A stretch of 64,000 nt of DNA. Origin: Haliotis cracherodii (Eukaryota). The position numbers and the translations under genes are program-made. Under the pieces are notes generated by a model. It was not told the origin of the DNA and made no database searches. It saw only the letters and a list, made by a program, of their open reading frames with translations. Positions 1 to 13,771 of this stretch are shown here, piece after piece (the first letter of the stretch is position 1; each line of letters opens with the position of its first letter). The stretch lies in assembly GCF_022045235.1 (NCBI RefSeq), contig NW_027266319.1, positions 38,750,001 through 38,814,000 on the forward strand. Reading direction: 5' to 3'.

Positions 1-2388
1 GATAGCTAAGCGTAAAGCTAAGAAATATCTTAGACTATTTCGGAGATATAAATCAAACTTATTCAGAAGACAATACTGTACTTTGAGGAATAGATATAAA
101 TTTGTCTGCCGAAAGTCAAAATTTGAATTTAAGACAAAGACTGCAAAGGGGTTGACAGCAGTTATATCCAATCAAAAACAGTTTTGGAAACGTCTCCGAG
201 GTATATCTAAGCCGTGTAGTAAGCAAAATTATATAAGCAGTGATGTTTGGTTTAACCATTTTAACAATGTGTTTAATGCTGATATCTTATGTGATCAGAA
301 TGTCTCCTCATCGAACGTAGACAACGAAGTAAATTTAGAACCCAACTGTGCTAATGTGGTAAACAATGTGGAAGAGTATATGTTGGACTCCACTATAACA
401 GATGAAGAGATACATAATGCTTCTGGTATAGATGATGTGGTAATTAATATGTTAAAAGTCTCTGAAAATGTTGTCATGCCCTTTCTGAATGTGTTATTTA
501 ATAGAATATTTGAGTCTGGTGTTTTTCCTGATGTTTGGTCAAAAGCTATTATCATTCCTGTTCATAAAAAAAAGAGAGAAAAGTAATCCTGATAACTATC
601 GTGGTATGTCACTTCTCAGTGTTATAGGTAAAGTTTACACGGCTGTTTTAAGTAAACGACTAACTGGGCAAACATCAAGAACAGAATACCAGAAACACAG
701 ACGGGTTTCAGAAAGGGTTATGCAACCACTGACCACATATTTACTCTGTATGCTATTATTCAGAAATGTTTATGTAAAAAGAAATCAAAACTTAATGCGG
801 CATTTGTAGATTTTAAAAAGGCTTTTGATTTTGTTAACTGTGATAAGTTGTGGAATCTCTTAATGTCTTATGGTATAAGTAGTAAAAGGTTAAAAGCTTT
901 AAGAAGTTTATATAAAAGTGTTAAATCGGGTGTAAAATGTGATCTAGGTTTCACAGATTATTTTGACTGTCCTAGTGGTCTACGACAAGGATGCATTTTG
1001 AGTCCATTACTGTTTTCACTTTTCATAAGCGAATTATCAAATGAAGTTATTTCTAATGGAAAGCATGGTGTACAGTTATTCCCTGATTTAATAGAGATAA
1101 TGTTATTGTTGTTTGCCGACGATGTTATTTTAACATCAGATAGTGTCATGGGGCCACAGACTCAGTTGAATATTCTAGAAACCCACACAGAAAAATGGAA
1201 TTTAACGGTAAATCTGGAAAAAACAAAAGTTGACGAGGTGGGGTGCTTTCAAAAAAGGATATTTGGTATTATAGGGGAAAAAGGTTGAGGTAGTGTCAAG
1301 CTACAAATATCTTGGTTTACCTTTTTATTCATCAGGAAAATTCAGTAAAATTATATCTGACCTAGAGCAAAAAGAGCTTTGGTCAAATTGATTGCAACTT
1401 TAAGTAAAATTGATCTTATTTCAAAGTCAGTGTTCTTTAAGATATTCGATTCGCAAATACAACCTGTAATTTTATATGGTTCTGAAGTGTGGGGATTTCA
1501 GCAAGATGACAAATTGGAAAAAGTTCATCTATTAGCCTGTAAGAAATTTCTGCAAGTAGGGCAACAAACCCCAAATGCTATAATCTACGGGGAAACGGGT
1601 CGCTTTCCACTGTACATCAACTCCTATGTTAGAACACTTAAGTTTTGGCTTAAATTAATTCATATGAATGAAGACAGGTTGCCAAAAAAGGCTTATAATA
1701 TGTTATTGTATTTAGATAACTGTGGAGGCTTCTAACATTCGTTTCCTTCTTTTTTTCTCATGGCTTTGGTTTTGTATGGATATCGCAAACAGTTGGGAAC
1801 CAGCTTTCATTTCTACGACTTTTTAAGGATACTTGTATAAACATGTTTTACCAAAACTGGAAATCAGTCTTAAACTCTAGTTCAAGATATCATTTATATG
1901 CAGAGTTTAAAAGTCTTTTAGAACCTGAAAAATATCTTTCAGTTTTGTTTGAAAGAAAATTTAGAAACATAATTGTTAGATTTAGAGCAGGTCTTTTAAA
2001 TTTGAAGAATAATGAAGACAGATATCTGTCGATAGAAAAGTCTTTTTGAATATGTCCAGTCTGTAATAATGGCATGGGGGATGAAATTCATTTTTTACTC
2101 ATTTGTTCATGTTATAATGATCTCAGAAAAGAATACTTACCGGCAAAACTTTGCCGATATCCTAGCTTGAACCATTTCAAATCTATTATGTGTAATAACA
2201 ATGAAGCAGTCTTAAACAGTTTATCACGTTTCCTATATTACGCTTATGCAAAAAGAACAAGTAAGACAATTCAATTATGACATAAGTCACGTTACTTTAC
2301 CGTTGCATCTGTGAACAATTTGTATATTGTGAACTGTAATTGTATATGGGCCCGAGGCTTTCATGCAAATAAAAGTTCTTCTTCTTCT
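1..2388 (+). mobile_element. Degraded non-LTR retrotransposon (LINE, RTE-X-like), RT and C-terminal region through the 3' end
   Basis: Frameshifted ORF pieces carry RT motifs: FPDVWSKAIIIPVHKK, NPDNYRGMSLLS, GLRQGCILSPLLF, LLFADD, YKYLG, ILYGSEVWG, IYGETGRFPL and C-terminal CxxC..DEIHFLLIC. Ends with AATAAA followed by (TTC)n at about 2368-2388. Clade is assigned from motif recall. Confidence 0.92.
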
Positions 2389-2397
2389 ACTATCATT

Positions 2398-2631
2398 GTG
2401 GACACCCAATCAACCTAACCCTGTATTGTCTGTTAATTCTGAAAATAATTAACTGTGATATTGAGTTTCTACCTAAAACTAATAATATGAAATTAATTTT
2501 GAGATTATTTCATTCTATCTAAAATTCAAAATATATTTTAAGATGCATAAATGTACATCATTAATATTGTTGAAAAAAAAAGAATATTGTTTTTGAAAAA
2601 AAACAACCTAATAAGGTTGATTGGCGCCCAC
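2398..2631. mobile_element. Possible MITE with imperfect terminal inverted repeats of about 20 bp
   Basis: gtggacacccaatcaacct (2398) is an imperfect inverted match to aggttgattggcgcccac (ends 2631); AT-rich interior. Confidence 0.35.
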
Positions 2632-4591
2632 CATCTTATCTTCATCATTTTGTCTGCTCCCTATAAGAAATCAAAATAGTTAAGAAAAAATATAAATACA
2701 TATATTACTTTCTTGAGTTTATATAGATTTAGATATTACTTAATCGTTCAAGTTTAAACGGGGTAATGGTTTTTTTTCATTATGAGTTTCTTAATTGTCC
2801 TGAGATAGTATGTTTAAATAATTGAAGTCCTCATGTTTAAAAAACACCAAATAATTATAGGCCAAAATACATTAATTATATTGATCTGGATAAACTCCAC
2901 CTATTGCAAGGGGAAACAACTGTTGTGGTTGCAAAACATCTTGGTCGTGAGATGTACGGTCCGTCCGGCAAAGATTGATCGTTTGCTGCAGTAAAATTGA
3001 GTATTGCTTCAGATTGAAATTATCTGAGTGTTTATTTACATAAAATATGAAATTTAAGTCTCGATTATTTCAATATAACTATGAAATATGTTTTTGATCG
3101 ATCGGCTCTAGATCAACACTTCGTTATAACGTGACATTTCTCATGTGGTTGATAGTTGTTGTTTTTTTAAAATACCAAACAATAAGGTTTGTTTCACTAT
3201 TTCATCGGTATTTTTACATGAATTAATTAACTGTTTTATAGCTTTGTTATTAGCCTTGAAAACGCCCAGTAAAGAATTTTACCGGAGTTGCTCACCTGGA
3301 CCCGTAATATCGATGCGGTATCTCGCTTCGGTTACCGTCTTCTCATTCTGCAACTGAATCTGGTACATTGGGAAGCCGAAATTCCACAAATTTTATCTCG
3401 GTCACCAACTTTCGGAGATGGGAATATTGTCACTACAGTAACATGTACATAGTAAAGACACGGCTTATATCAACGGAGAAATAGGTTTTTATTTTCTATA
3501 CAGGTTGACGCTGCCACGTCCGGACTCGATGAAAACCGAATGTACTTACGCAGTAGCAATGGCAATACATGGTATTTGGTAGGTGAATGATAAAACCAAT
3601 AATGTTACGATACGCATTCCTTTATTTAATTAATTTAGGTTTATCATATACAAAACAAATAAAATGTATTGCAATTATTTAAGATTTGATATTGGCTAAT
3701 TCTTATAAACATTCAATCAATAATAAGATTAATAACAAAACACAATTAAGTGATCCGACATTTACTCAAAGAGATTATCTTTTGCGCTTACTTTCTTGTA
3801 AAAACATATAACAGTTTATTATTTAGATTCTAAGCAAGAGAATCTGTTGTTAATTAATCAATGACCTGATAAACGTCAGTCCTTGCTAACATTTAAATCA
3901 ATAGGCAGATTTATAATAAAATATAACCAAATAAACTTACACGTACTCAAAGAGAATATCTCTTTTACTTCCTTTATTGTAAAAACATGGCACTTCATCT
4001 CCTTCATTTTGGTACATAGTGAAAATTTTATATAACTGTATTTCATGTACCCCCGTGGATAGTTTTTCTGAGAATTGAGATGAGTTCAACTGAGTTGAAC
4101 AGTCACATTTATGATGAAAATATAACCAATTAACCATCACTTACTCAAAGGGAATACATGTATATCGTTTACTTACTTCTAATTATATCTTTTCTATCGC
4201 CCTGTTTACAATTCAAAGTCCAGTGATTACGTTCGCACTCGTCTATTAGTCCATTTTCCTTTTCGCTGTATCGGTATTAAACAACTTGGGATTCTCGCGG
4301 TATCGTGCCGACACCTCTGGCACAGACGAGAATGTCCAATGTGCACCGTTATAAACACATCACCTGAATACACACATGTATTACCTTCGATGGCAAACAA
4401 ATTATGTGCCCTAGGGTCATATCACGTCACGAGACTTTACGGAATGACGTCGCACTAGAAACGACGTCATGGCTGAAGATTGTTGACGTCATTCGACAAA
4501 TTGTGGTTTCGCTGCCGTTGCGACTTGCTGTCTTTATAGGTAAACACTAAAATTCGTCTCTGTATGTTTTCATGTACATCTTCTTCGGTAA

Positions 4592-4751
4592 TAAATAGAA
4601 CATTATATTCGTATTCATCTCATACTATGTTTCCGAGACGAGTGTCTAAATTCCGATATTTCGCCAGCGATAGCTCGGGAAATGCCGGAATTTAAGCACG
4701 AGAGTCGTAAACATAGTATGACATGAACACTCATATAATATCGTCTATTTA
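4592..4751. repeat. Long imperfect palindrome (non-autonomous DNA element, Crypton-like)
   Basis: Termini taaataga/tctattta; arms include tcatactatgttt/aaacatagtatga and taaattccg/cggaattta. Confidence 0.6.
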
Positions 4752-7202
4752 CGCATCAGAGGTGAAGATAAACGCTCGTTTTATGCCACTATAGCTAAGG
4801 GGTTACAAACTTGCAAAAAACTACAGAAAAAATCACACACTTAGCATCAGGAGGACGACGATATAAACACTTTTGTAGAGTTCTACCTTAGTGCACTGTA
4901 ATGTGACAAGGTACTTTCCAAAATAAATTCCACTGACGTAAAACAATATAGAATGAGGGGCAAAATAAGTATACCGAGTTTGATTTTAATGTTACTGAAA
5001 ACTGAAAGAACTATTGTTAAATTAGAATATGTCTATTTAACCACCACTCATTCCTGCAACAGTTTGTGAATGGTAATCTGTGGCTGGATTATTTTGTGTA
5101 CGAATAACTTGATTCAAGGAAGAACGAAGTAAGAAATGAATTTGCAACCACATGACCCCTGCCATATGTGAAATGTTGTAAAATTTGTACCGAAAAAAAG
5201 CAAATTTATCAATTTTCAAAGATAAGATGTCTAAGATATCCAACAGCAGTTGTGTATTATGCACACACAAGATACATTTTCAAAAGTGTTAAATGAAATT
5301 GTATTTAAAAAAATAAAACCATGTAGAAGTATTCTTTAAGTTCTAAGCCCCAGTAAGTTCATTTTTTAATTTAATATCGCTGACAATATTTTTAATTAAG
5401 AATCAAACATATGATAAAATCAATTGAGAGGTATAGTGTCTTTTGCGTTTCAGTGTATACAATATATATATTTTAGAGACAAACAACTACGGGATTATTC
5501 AACTGTATTGTATGCAAACGATACCATTGAATATGTAGAAACTCACAATGTGACTTATCGCAAGATATGAAATGGACTGCACGCATTTCAACTATTGCCA
5601 GGTCAAGAGCAATATTGGTTTCAGCCATGTGTAGACTTAAATATTCTTCTTAAATAGATACAATCTGTCAAAAATATACCTGAAATGTACACGACCTAAT
5701 CTTAAAAACACATTCTGAGGTACGGGACAACTGTTCTGTCTATAATGAAAATACACGTGAATTAATACAGCTTGATGCTGCTTGACCCGCTTCAGGTTTT
5801 CAGGTTTCGTAACAGGTTGGCTTCCATTAAAAAAGTGACGAAAACAGTACACACAATAACAAAGAAGGAAAGTCCTTCATGACTAAACGATTTGCTAAAT
5901 CAAAATATATCACCTGTTACAAATATTGTCTTTCTAACAATCATAACACAACTGTTCCGTTTGCCAGAACAACTACATTTCAAAAGTCATTTATCATAGT
6001 CATTCAAACTGTTGAAAACACAAATTTAAAGTATTAGAAATAACACTTCTTTCGCTGGGTTTAAAAAAAAGAATTTATCCAAATGTTTTAAGGACTCCAT
6101 AGTATTTCAGTTGGAAAGCGTGCAACAGTACAATGCGAAATTATCTAAAATAGTGAATATGAAAAATTATGATTTGATTAAATAACGACACGAATAAAAT
6201 TTCAAGAAGAGAAAAATTGTACAAACGGTAAAATGCGAAATTGTCTTTAATAGTGAATATCATTTTTGCTGGTGACAATGAATATGGTAATGATTATGAA
6301 TATTGTTATCAATGACACATTCAATTTTTCAGAGAAAATTAGATTATAATTCAAGTTTTTTGTGTATATTTAATAAGCTGTTTCTTATTTTCTTCACATA
6401 GAATGTGAGTAACGCCTCAGTATTAGACACTACTGACAAAACAGATGACAGTTTGTAGTGATAAACCCTCAAAGATTTGCATGTGGAGGTAATAGACGTC
6501 GGAAACACATCCTTAAAAAGCCTCAAGTAGGCACACAAGACTTAGAAATGCAACAAGCAGCCTGTATGGTGATTTGTTTTGAGTTAATTTGTCTGACATT
6601 ATTTCTTGCTCTTTCAGTTTAACATGCGAACTTTTCAGTAGTTTCTCGATTGTATTAAATATAAATATAAAGACAACCTTTGTTTATTAACATTATGAAT
6701 ATAGGACTCAACCAAATTTAGCATCAAAGTAAGTAGTAACAAGAATCTATCGACAGAACAACATAATTCAAATTTTAGATATGTCCATCAAATTATAATA
6801 TTTATCAATAAAATGTATAATGTATTATTAAGACAAGGTGTATTCAAACATATGACTGATATAAGATATTAAACTTCGTACTATATGTCATATAATACTA
6901 GCTCCCATGTGAGGTAAACTATACCACAGTTACATTGTAATTCGGCAAATCTTATATATTAAACAATAATGCATTAAATATAAACAGAGACACATGTAGA
7001 TCGGTGGTCGCTATAGAACCGCTTCCGACACTGGAGTAAAAGTTTTCGGAAACTGAACTTTGCTAATATTTCCTGTTGTTGAAAATACATACGATGGAGC
7101 CACTTTGGTCAATCTAATGTCGTTGTTATAGTTTCTGTGTGAAAGATCCATGCCTCCGTTGCACAAACCGATCTTAGGGCTACGACTAATTAATTAACAA
7201 GT

Positions 7203-7950
7203 AGAAGAGGAAGAACAAGAACAAGAAGAAGAAGAATAGGTTCATACAGTATCAAAGGCCACATGGCCAAGAGGATAATACATTAGACAAAATTTGCTAG
7301 GTGGGACAAATGTTATAATTAATATTATCTCAATAGAATATTTTGTTACATTAAACAGGCAGATTCCTTTTCAAATATATAGCAATATTTTTTATTGGGC
7401 TTAACATTTTGGGTTGCTGATAGTTGATTGAATAGTGTTCGTGATGGATACACGAATGGTAACTACGGTTGTACCGTTTTCTATTTCCGATATTAAATGA
7501 GCTGTTCTTCATCTTCAATTGTATTTGATTACATTTAGTATTTGCAAATCAGTATTTCATCATAACGAAACTGTTCAATACGTAGCTTATGGCTCAGACA
7601 TAGGAATTTACATAAAAGGCGGATCTTTATTTGGACATTACTCCATAATGTATTTCTCTGGTTCGAGTACAGACATATGTATAGAATAATGGGTTGGAAA
7701 TGATGAAGAAGAAAGAAAAGAATTAGCATGCTAACTCTGAATCTCTATGTCTTTACATACATTAAAAGCAATATATATATTTACAAAACTTTTGTAAACT
7801 TGTTAACAAACAATAAAAACTGTCAAAAAGGGTTAAACCACTTTAAAGATGATTATTTCATGAGCTAATAAACATAATTCAATCCACGAATGTTCCTACT
7901 GTAAATGTTTTAAAGTAATGATAGTTCACAAATATAAACCTTAATCACAG
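7203..7950 (-). mobile_element. Old 3' fragment of an RTE-X-like LINE
   Basis: Minus strand reads RLLCKFLCLSHKLRIEQFRY..CK..TIEDEE, resembling the LINE C-terminal KFRxSxHxLxIExGRY..CxxC..EDE motif; (TTC)n-like tail at 7203-7236; upstream boundary approximate. Confidence 0.6.
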
Positions 7951-7985
7951 TATTTTATCATTAAGATTATTCTTTCATATGCTTA

Positions 7986-8060
7986 AGAGTGAGTGAGTGA
8001 GTGGGCGAGTTAGGTTTAAAGCCGCGTTGAACAGTATTCCAGTTATATCACGGCGTGTCA
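7986..8060 (-). mobile_element. SINE family A 3' tail fragment
   Basis: (gagt)n followed by tttaaagccgcgttgaacagtattccagttatatcacggcgtgtca, matching the family A tail. Confidence 0.7.
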
Positions 8061-8827
8061 TTTTCAAAGTGAAAAACTGTTTTAGATTATAACCGATACG
8101 TGAATGCATGTGAAAAATGTAAGTGATTTTAAACTATCATATCTAAAATGTAATTTTAATCGAAAAATGCAATTGTCTAAAAGTTAACGTTGTTAATGCG
8201 TAAAAACAAATTTGTTTAATAACAAAACTGTTGTAGTAATTTGTTAACGCTTTGTAGACTGTTTGAAACTAAAGTTGTTTACATATTTCAAAACTATAAT
8301 CGTTTACGAACGTTTGCAACTATTCTTACACTTCGGGGGTGCAATGGTTAATATGTCTCCAGAATACATGTACGATCTTAAACCAAACGTAGATTATAAA
8401 AAAACAGCAACATTTTCATGTATTGTTCTTTCATAAAACTTTCAAAATATCATAATGTTATATCAGCGAACGATACAGGGATCTTAAACTGTCTTGTCAC
8501 CAGCAAAATATATGTGTTTAAAACCAATCACAGATTTCAAACTGTAACCATTTGAAAACCCTTACACCAAAATATAAAGGTTTGAAAGCTATCACAGTTA
8601 ACAAATTATAAGCATTGTGGAAACTATTATATACTGAACAACAAAAGTTCCTGTCACATTGAATAAGATTTAATGCAAAGTTATATTTTTTTATCAAATC
8701 TGAAACAATTTCTCTGAAAAGACTCCTGTAAGTGTTCAAATGGTTTAATTTGCCATACCGACTTCAGAAAATGCGTGATTTCATTAAAAAAAACCACCAT
8801 GAACATGCCAAAATGTCAATTTACAAA

Positions 8828-10110
8828 TCAATATCGTGTGTGTCCACCTCTGGTTGCGATGCAAGCAACACATCTTCGTCTCATGGAATGGACCATGCGT
8901 CGCACAAAGTCCTGTGGGATATCTGTCCATATCTGCTGGAGCATGTTTCGAAGTTCCTGGAGTGTCTGTGGAACACGCGGTTGACGTCGAAGGCGCCGAT
9001 CCATCTCATCCCACATGTGCTCGATTGTTGAGAGATCAGGGGAGCGAGCCGGCCAGGGGATGACATTCGCGTTGTTTTGTTGAAGAGAATCCTGAAAAGT
9101 CGAGCAATATGAGGCCGGACGTTGTCATGTTGAAAGGTAAAGCCTGGGCCATGACGACGCAAAAAAGGTAGACCAACAGGGCCGATGATCTCGTCGAGGT
9201 AGCGTTGTCCATTGAGATTTCCCTCTACCACTATCAAACGGGTCCTCTGTCTTGCTGTAATCCCGCCGGGGTCACGGGTGGCCCAGTCGTCTAAGGCGCC
9301 GCGATTAGCTGTCCAGAGTTGCGTCCCTTGGGCACGCCAGAAACCTATGATCGTGGGTTCGAATCCCGGTTCGCCCCGATTGTCAGCACCATACCCGTGC
9401 TCTTGGGTTTCACTGAAGTGGTAAACGTCTGAGACCTGTATCACTTCGGGCTTTCCTCCCACATTAAGCTGACACGCCGTGATGTAACTGGAATACTGTT
9501 AAAAGCGGCGTTAAATCCAACTCACTCACTGTAATCCCACCCCATACCATAACGCTGCCGCGAACCGATCTTCTTCCTTGACACAATGATTGACGTAACG
9601 TTCACTTCGACGTCGGTACACTCGAATCCGTCCATCGCTGTGGCTGGGGTGAAAACGAGACTCGTCAGTGAATAGAACGTGTCCCCACTGCATGGCCGTC
9701 CAGCGTAGACGCTGTCTGCACCACTGTAGACGTCCTTGACGGTGGTTTCCTGTCAAAATGGGACGTCTGGCGGGTCTTCTGGCGATAATCTCTGCACATC
9801 TGAGGCGGCGACGTACGGTTTGTGAAGATATTCGTCGAAGGCCAGGGATGCTTCTTGCAGTCACTTTTGCTTGCCGGTATCGATTTCGTAGGTGTGTTGT
9901 TCGAATCCAGTTGTCTTGTCGATTATTGGTTACGCGTGGCCTGCCACTCCGAGGATGGTCTCTGGCTGCATTCGTCTGTTACCAACGTTGCCATAAACAC
10001 CAAATGGTGTTTCCGTGGACGTTAAATTGTCTTGCAACATCACGTTGACTCGATCCTGCTTCAAGCATACCAATGGCTCGCAGACGCTCATTTTCGGACA
10101 GGCGTGGCAT
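8828..10110 (-). pseudogene. Tc1 transposase pseudogene
   Basis: ATG at 10110 gives MPRLSENERLRAIGMLEAG (HTH). Later motifs: RSGRPRVT, VLFTDESRF, VMVWGGIT, FQHDNVRPH, SPDLSTIEHMWDEM, GGHTRY. Contains an in-frame stop, frameshifts and a SINE insertion. Confidence 0.92.
9268..9528 (+). mobile_element. SINE family A inserted in the Tc1 transposase
   Basis: Pol III A box (tggcccagtcg) and B box (ggttcgaatcc); (ACTC)n tail; 13-bp TSD ctgtaatccc(g/a)cc. Confidence 0.92.
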
Positions 10111-12057
10111 TTCGTAATGTTGAATAATTGCGTAATTTTGTTGTTTTTCTGAGTGGCTGTTTTCAGCATGATGCTAAACAATGCATATGGAATCCCGTTA
10201 ACGCACATGTTTTTATACCCAGTCTTGGGTAGTGAAATGCATGGGGCTTGCATAAAAGTCAACTTTTGCATGGAATGCATGCTTTTCTGTAGCAGTTACG
10301 TTTTTGTGACATGATTCAATACATGTACTACAATATTGAAAAATAAAACTTTACTTGTTTGAAAAATACACTAAAATATTGGTGTCACAGGAACTTTTGT
10401 TGTTGAGTATAGTTAAGGACTTGTTAATGTTTGGTAGTTGCCATAACTTACATGACTTTACAAACACGCAAATGTTTGGAAGTTATGATCGTGTCCAAAA
10501 GTTCACAAACGTGGAAGATTGTATTCATTATCTAGTGTACTGTCTCATGTTTTGCTGAAAATAATATTTTTCATTGTGTCTCTGGGATACAATACTGAAC
10601 GTGTTTGTGATGTATCAAGTAGTATGTATCAATACGTTCCTTAAATACGTCTGTTTTAGCTGACAATAATATGAACATTTGCATTTTTCGATACGGCAAT
10701 ATTGTTCAACATTTGTTCATAAATAGTTTAAGTACCAATGTGTCACTTGAAAACGACAATACTTTTATTGTTTTGTTAGACATTAGTTTTCACCATAGTG
10801 TCCCTTTGCATAGGCAATACTGTCTCATTTCAAATTAGGACAATAGTTTTCTATGATTTTCCTGTGGTTAATTGATTGAATTAAAAGTATTGCCAAAACA
10901 AGATTTTTTGATATTATAAATATGTCCGTGACTTTCATCACGTGTTATGTTTTTATTTCACAAGTGTTTCCCATTGTGCCTACATTGTTTCGTTGTCTCA
11001 GTATGGACCACTTTATCTCATATCACAGGTGAAACAGGTAATAGTCATGTTCACTCTTACATCACTTTCTGAGCATCAGACCGTATCATTTCATGATTTT
11101 ACTGAAGGCCCAATTGGGCAGTAGGCACATTGGTAAGACACCGATACACACACCTGCATGCAAGTAGCTTTATAAATGGAAAAAAAAACCCTTACACCTC
11201 TACTATATAGTGTCCGATTGTTAATCATAACCTCTGAGCTATTGGAATAACGGATTACCTGTCCCATGTGAATTACTCTACGATCCTTTGAAGAAATATT
11301 ATGCTGAGTACAAATTACTGAAAATATATGTATCGATATACGATATATCAGTGGGTGAAATATCAGTATAGCAACCTCTGCATATTCTTTGATCACTGAA
11401 CACAATCAGTGTGTACTCAATCAGCCAAGATCTCATTATCAATGTGTTAGAAAATTGACCACGACTTTGCAAAAACGACAGCAATGTCGTCAATATGGGT
11501 ACAATATAGTGTAAAATAAAGTCACAAAACCCTTTCCATATTCATCATGAGCATGCATCCATGAATCAAATAGTGATGATAACGTGTTCGCGAAAAGTTT
11601 AGCGTATCCTGTCCCTGCGGTGGCATGCGTCACAAACACATGCAAAAGCAAGACCACGGTTCACTTGAAAAAACACAGGAACATATGGTAGAAGTCAGAG
11701 TACGGAATTTTATCGGACATAATTTTTGTTACTGCTGCGTCGAATTTAAAAATGTCATCCACATGTCTACCATAAGCTTTACTGAGTCCTTGAATGTTGT
11801 AACCAAGATCAACAACTTCTGAGCAAGAGTCGTATGACGCTCTTTGAAATATTGGTACAAAGAGCGTCCTCGATTGTACCTCAAAAGTTGTGAATGTAAA
11901 CACCAAGGGCTGGAGCTGCTGGAATATTGCTCGACATGAAGGGAAAGGTGACTAATGGAAGGTTGACACGGCTTGTCGGCTTGATGTGGGAGGAAAGTGA
12001 TGTAGGTCATCGACCAGTGAGCACGGGTATGGTGCTGACAAACCTAGAAACATAATC

Positions 12058-12138
12058 AGTGAGTGAGTGTCGGGAATCGAACCCGGGTCTTCGGCGTGAC
12101 GAGCGAACGCTTTAACCACCAGGCTACCCGACCGCCCC
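12058..12138 (-). mobile_element. 81-bp mini-SINE (family B head joined directly to the ACTC tail) inserted in a family A fragment (about 12019-12173)
   Basis: Flanked by 12-bp TSD agaaacataatc (12046-12057 and 12139-12150), which is family A body sequence. Confidence 0.85.
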
Positions 12139-12449
12139 AGAAACATAATCAGGGTGGGCCGGGATTCAAACCAACAGTTTTCTCAGTAAACTTAAGATGG
12201 CATTTGCTTTCATTTCTGACAAATTGTCCTGAACCTCTGAAGAGAGATATGTAACAATATATGTGGTCGACACATTTTGAGACAAATGTCCCACTCAGCA
12301 CGTAATGAAGTTTTGCATTAAGTTTATTATGTGGGAAAAAGGTGTACAAAGTTGAAAAATGAAATGTTTTTACAGAATTGAAATTGCACAATTTCAAGCA
12401 AATTCGTTGATTCTTTTTTAAGTATCCACATGGTGTTCATTCCACTTGT

Positions 12450-12611
12450 GGGGCGGTCGGGTAGCCTAGTGGTTAAAGCGTTCGCTCGTCACGCCGAAGA
12501 TCCGGGTTCGATTCCCGACATGGGTACAATGTGTGAAGCCCATTTCTGGTGTCCCCCACCGTGATATTGCTTGAATATTGCTAAAAGCGGCGTAAAACCA
12601 TACTCACTCAC
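12450..12611 (+). mobile_element. SINE family B (tRNA-Asp-like head), full length
   Basis: A box tagcctagtgg, gtc anticodon-like loop, B box ggttcgattcc, shared tail, (ACTC)n; 13-bp TSD tcattccacttgt. Confidence 0.93.
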
Positions 12612-13771
12612 TCATTCCACTTGTCCCAAATACTTCTGTGTGTAAAAAGAAATTCCTTCCTTGATAGTATTCAGGTTTACTGTGAATCGTTGAGACAGGG
12701 ACTTGGAGTACATTTGTTGGACCCAGCAATGTCTCTTTGTACAGATTTTTATGGATCTGTGGAATCCAGTACAAAAAGAGGACTGGACATGTCTTCAGGT
12801 TCAGAGTCAAGTCAAAAGTTGATAGTACTGATTGGCTCTGACAGATTTCTTTCTCAGTTAACACACTGACCTGATATGTGGAATTATCATGTTTATACCA
12901 AGTTCTTTGATCAAACAACTAATGCACCGATGCTTACAAAAAATGGTTTAGTTATTTGAGGCCTTGTCAGTGGGGACAACTACAAACCTTTCATGTAGTT
13001 CAGACTTAGGATGACAGCTGGCTGGGACAGAATGGGTTTACGCCAATGACATCGCTCTATTCAAAATTGTATAATCATGTCATTAACTCACTCAATTCTT
13101 GCAGGGGACTACTGGATTCATCGGCATTCAGGTTCTAGCTGTGAAACACATTTGATATTAAAAGGAATCGAAATTTTGGTTGATCTACAAAGACTTTTAC
13201 ATTTGGTTTACTTTGTTTTCAGATCTTGTGAATCTTGGAAAAGATCAGGGATACAGCCCAAAGGGTAAAAGGCACTCCATCAGCCAAAGTATAAAGGACT
13301 CTGCTATACGCAGGACGATGTAAAGGATTCTTCTACGTAGGAAATCTTCAGACAAAGTTCTAAAGGATTCTATTACAGAGGAAGATCAAAAGGATCTGCT
13401 TCCCCAAACCCTGTACATCTGGTTCATCAAGCCAACAACATCTCAGAAAAATCTTCAATTAATATTTTCAAGAGACGTGAACCCTTTCTGGAAATAATGA
13501 TAACGGTATCTGTTTAACTATTGCTGAATTTAAATATTGATTTATAGTGTTCTCATGATATAGTCAAGTTATGATCTGAACATTTGGTGTTCTAGGACTA
13601 GTGAGGCTTTTAGCATATGAACCTTCATCAAGGATATTGCGCCATAAACTTGCGGTAACTGCACGATTACGTTAAAGCTGACACAAAAAGAATACAGTCA
13701 TCAATTCCCTTGTTGCTGGGTTGATATCATAGGATCATTAGATTAAGAAGTAAGATTAGACACCCATAAAT

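Larger units (their letters stand above)
8632..10409 (-). mobile_element. Full-length Tc1/mariner (Tc1-type) DNA transposon, inactivated
   Basis: 27-bp TIRs, tactgaacaacaaaagttcctgtcaca (8632-8658) and its inverted copy (10383-10409, 2 mismatches); TA on both flanks; transposase remnants inside. Confidence 0.95.
11600..13060 (-). mobile_element. Degraded Penelope-like retroelement RT, interrupted by SINEs
   Basis: Minus-strand pieces LYWIPQIHKNLYK, VKTFHFSTLYTFFPHNKL and SNIPAAPALGVYI..QLLRYNR..FKERHTTLAQKLL match PLE RT motifs; boundaries approximate. Confidence 0.75.

Noticed and set aside
12450-12525. Functional tRNA-Asp gene (likewise other family A, B and D heads)
   Set aside because: Acceptor stem is poor; it continues into SINE body and tail, has TSDs and has many diverged copies
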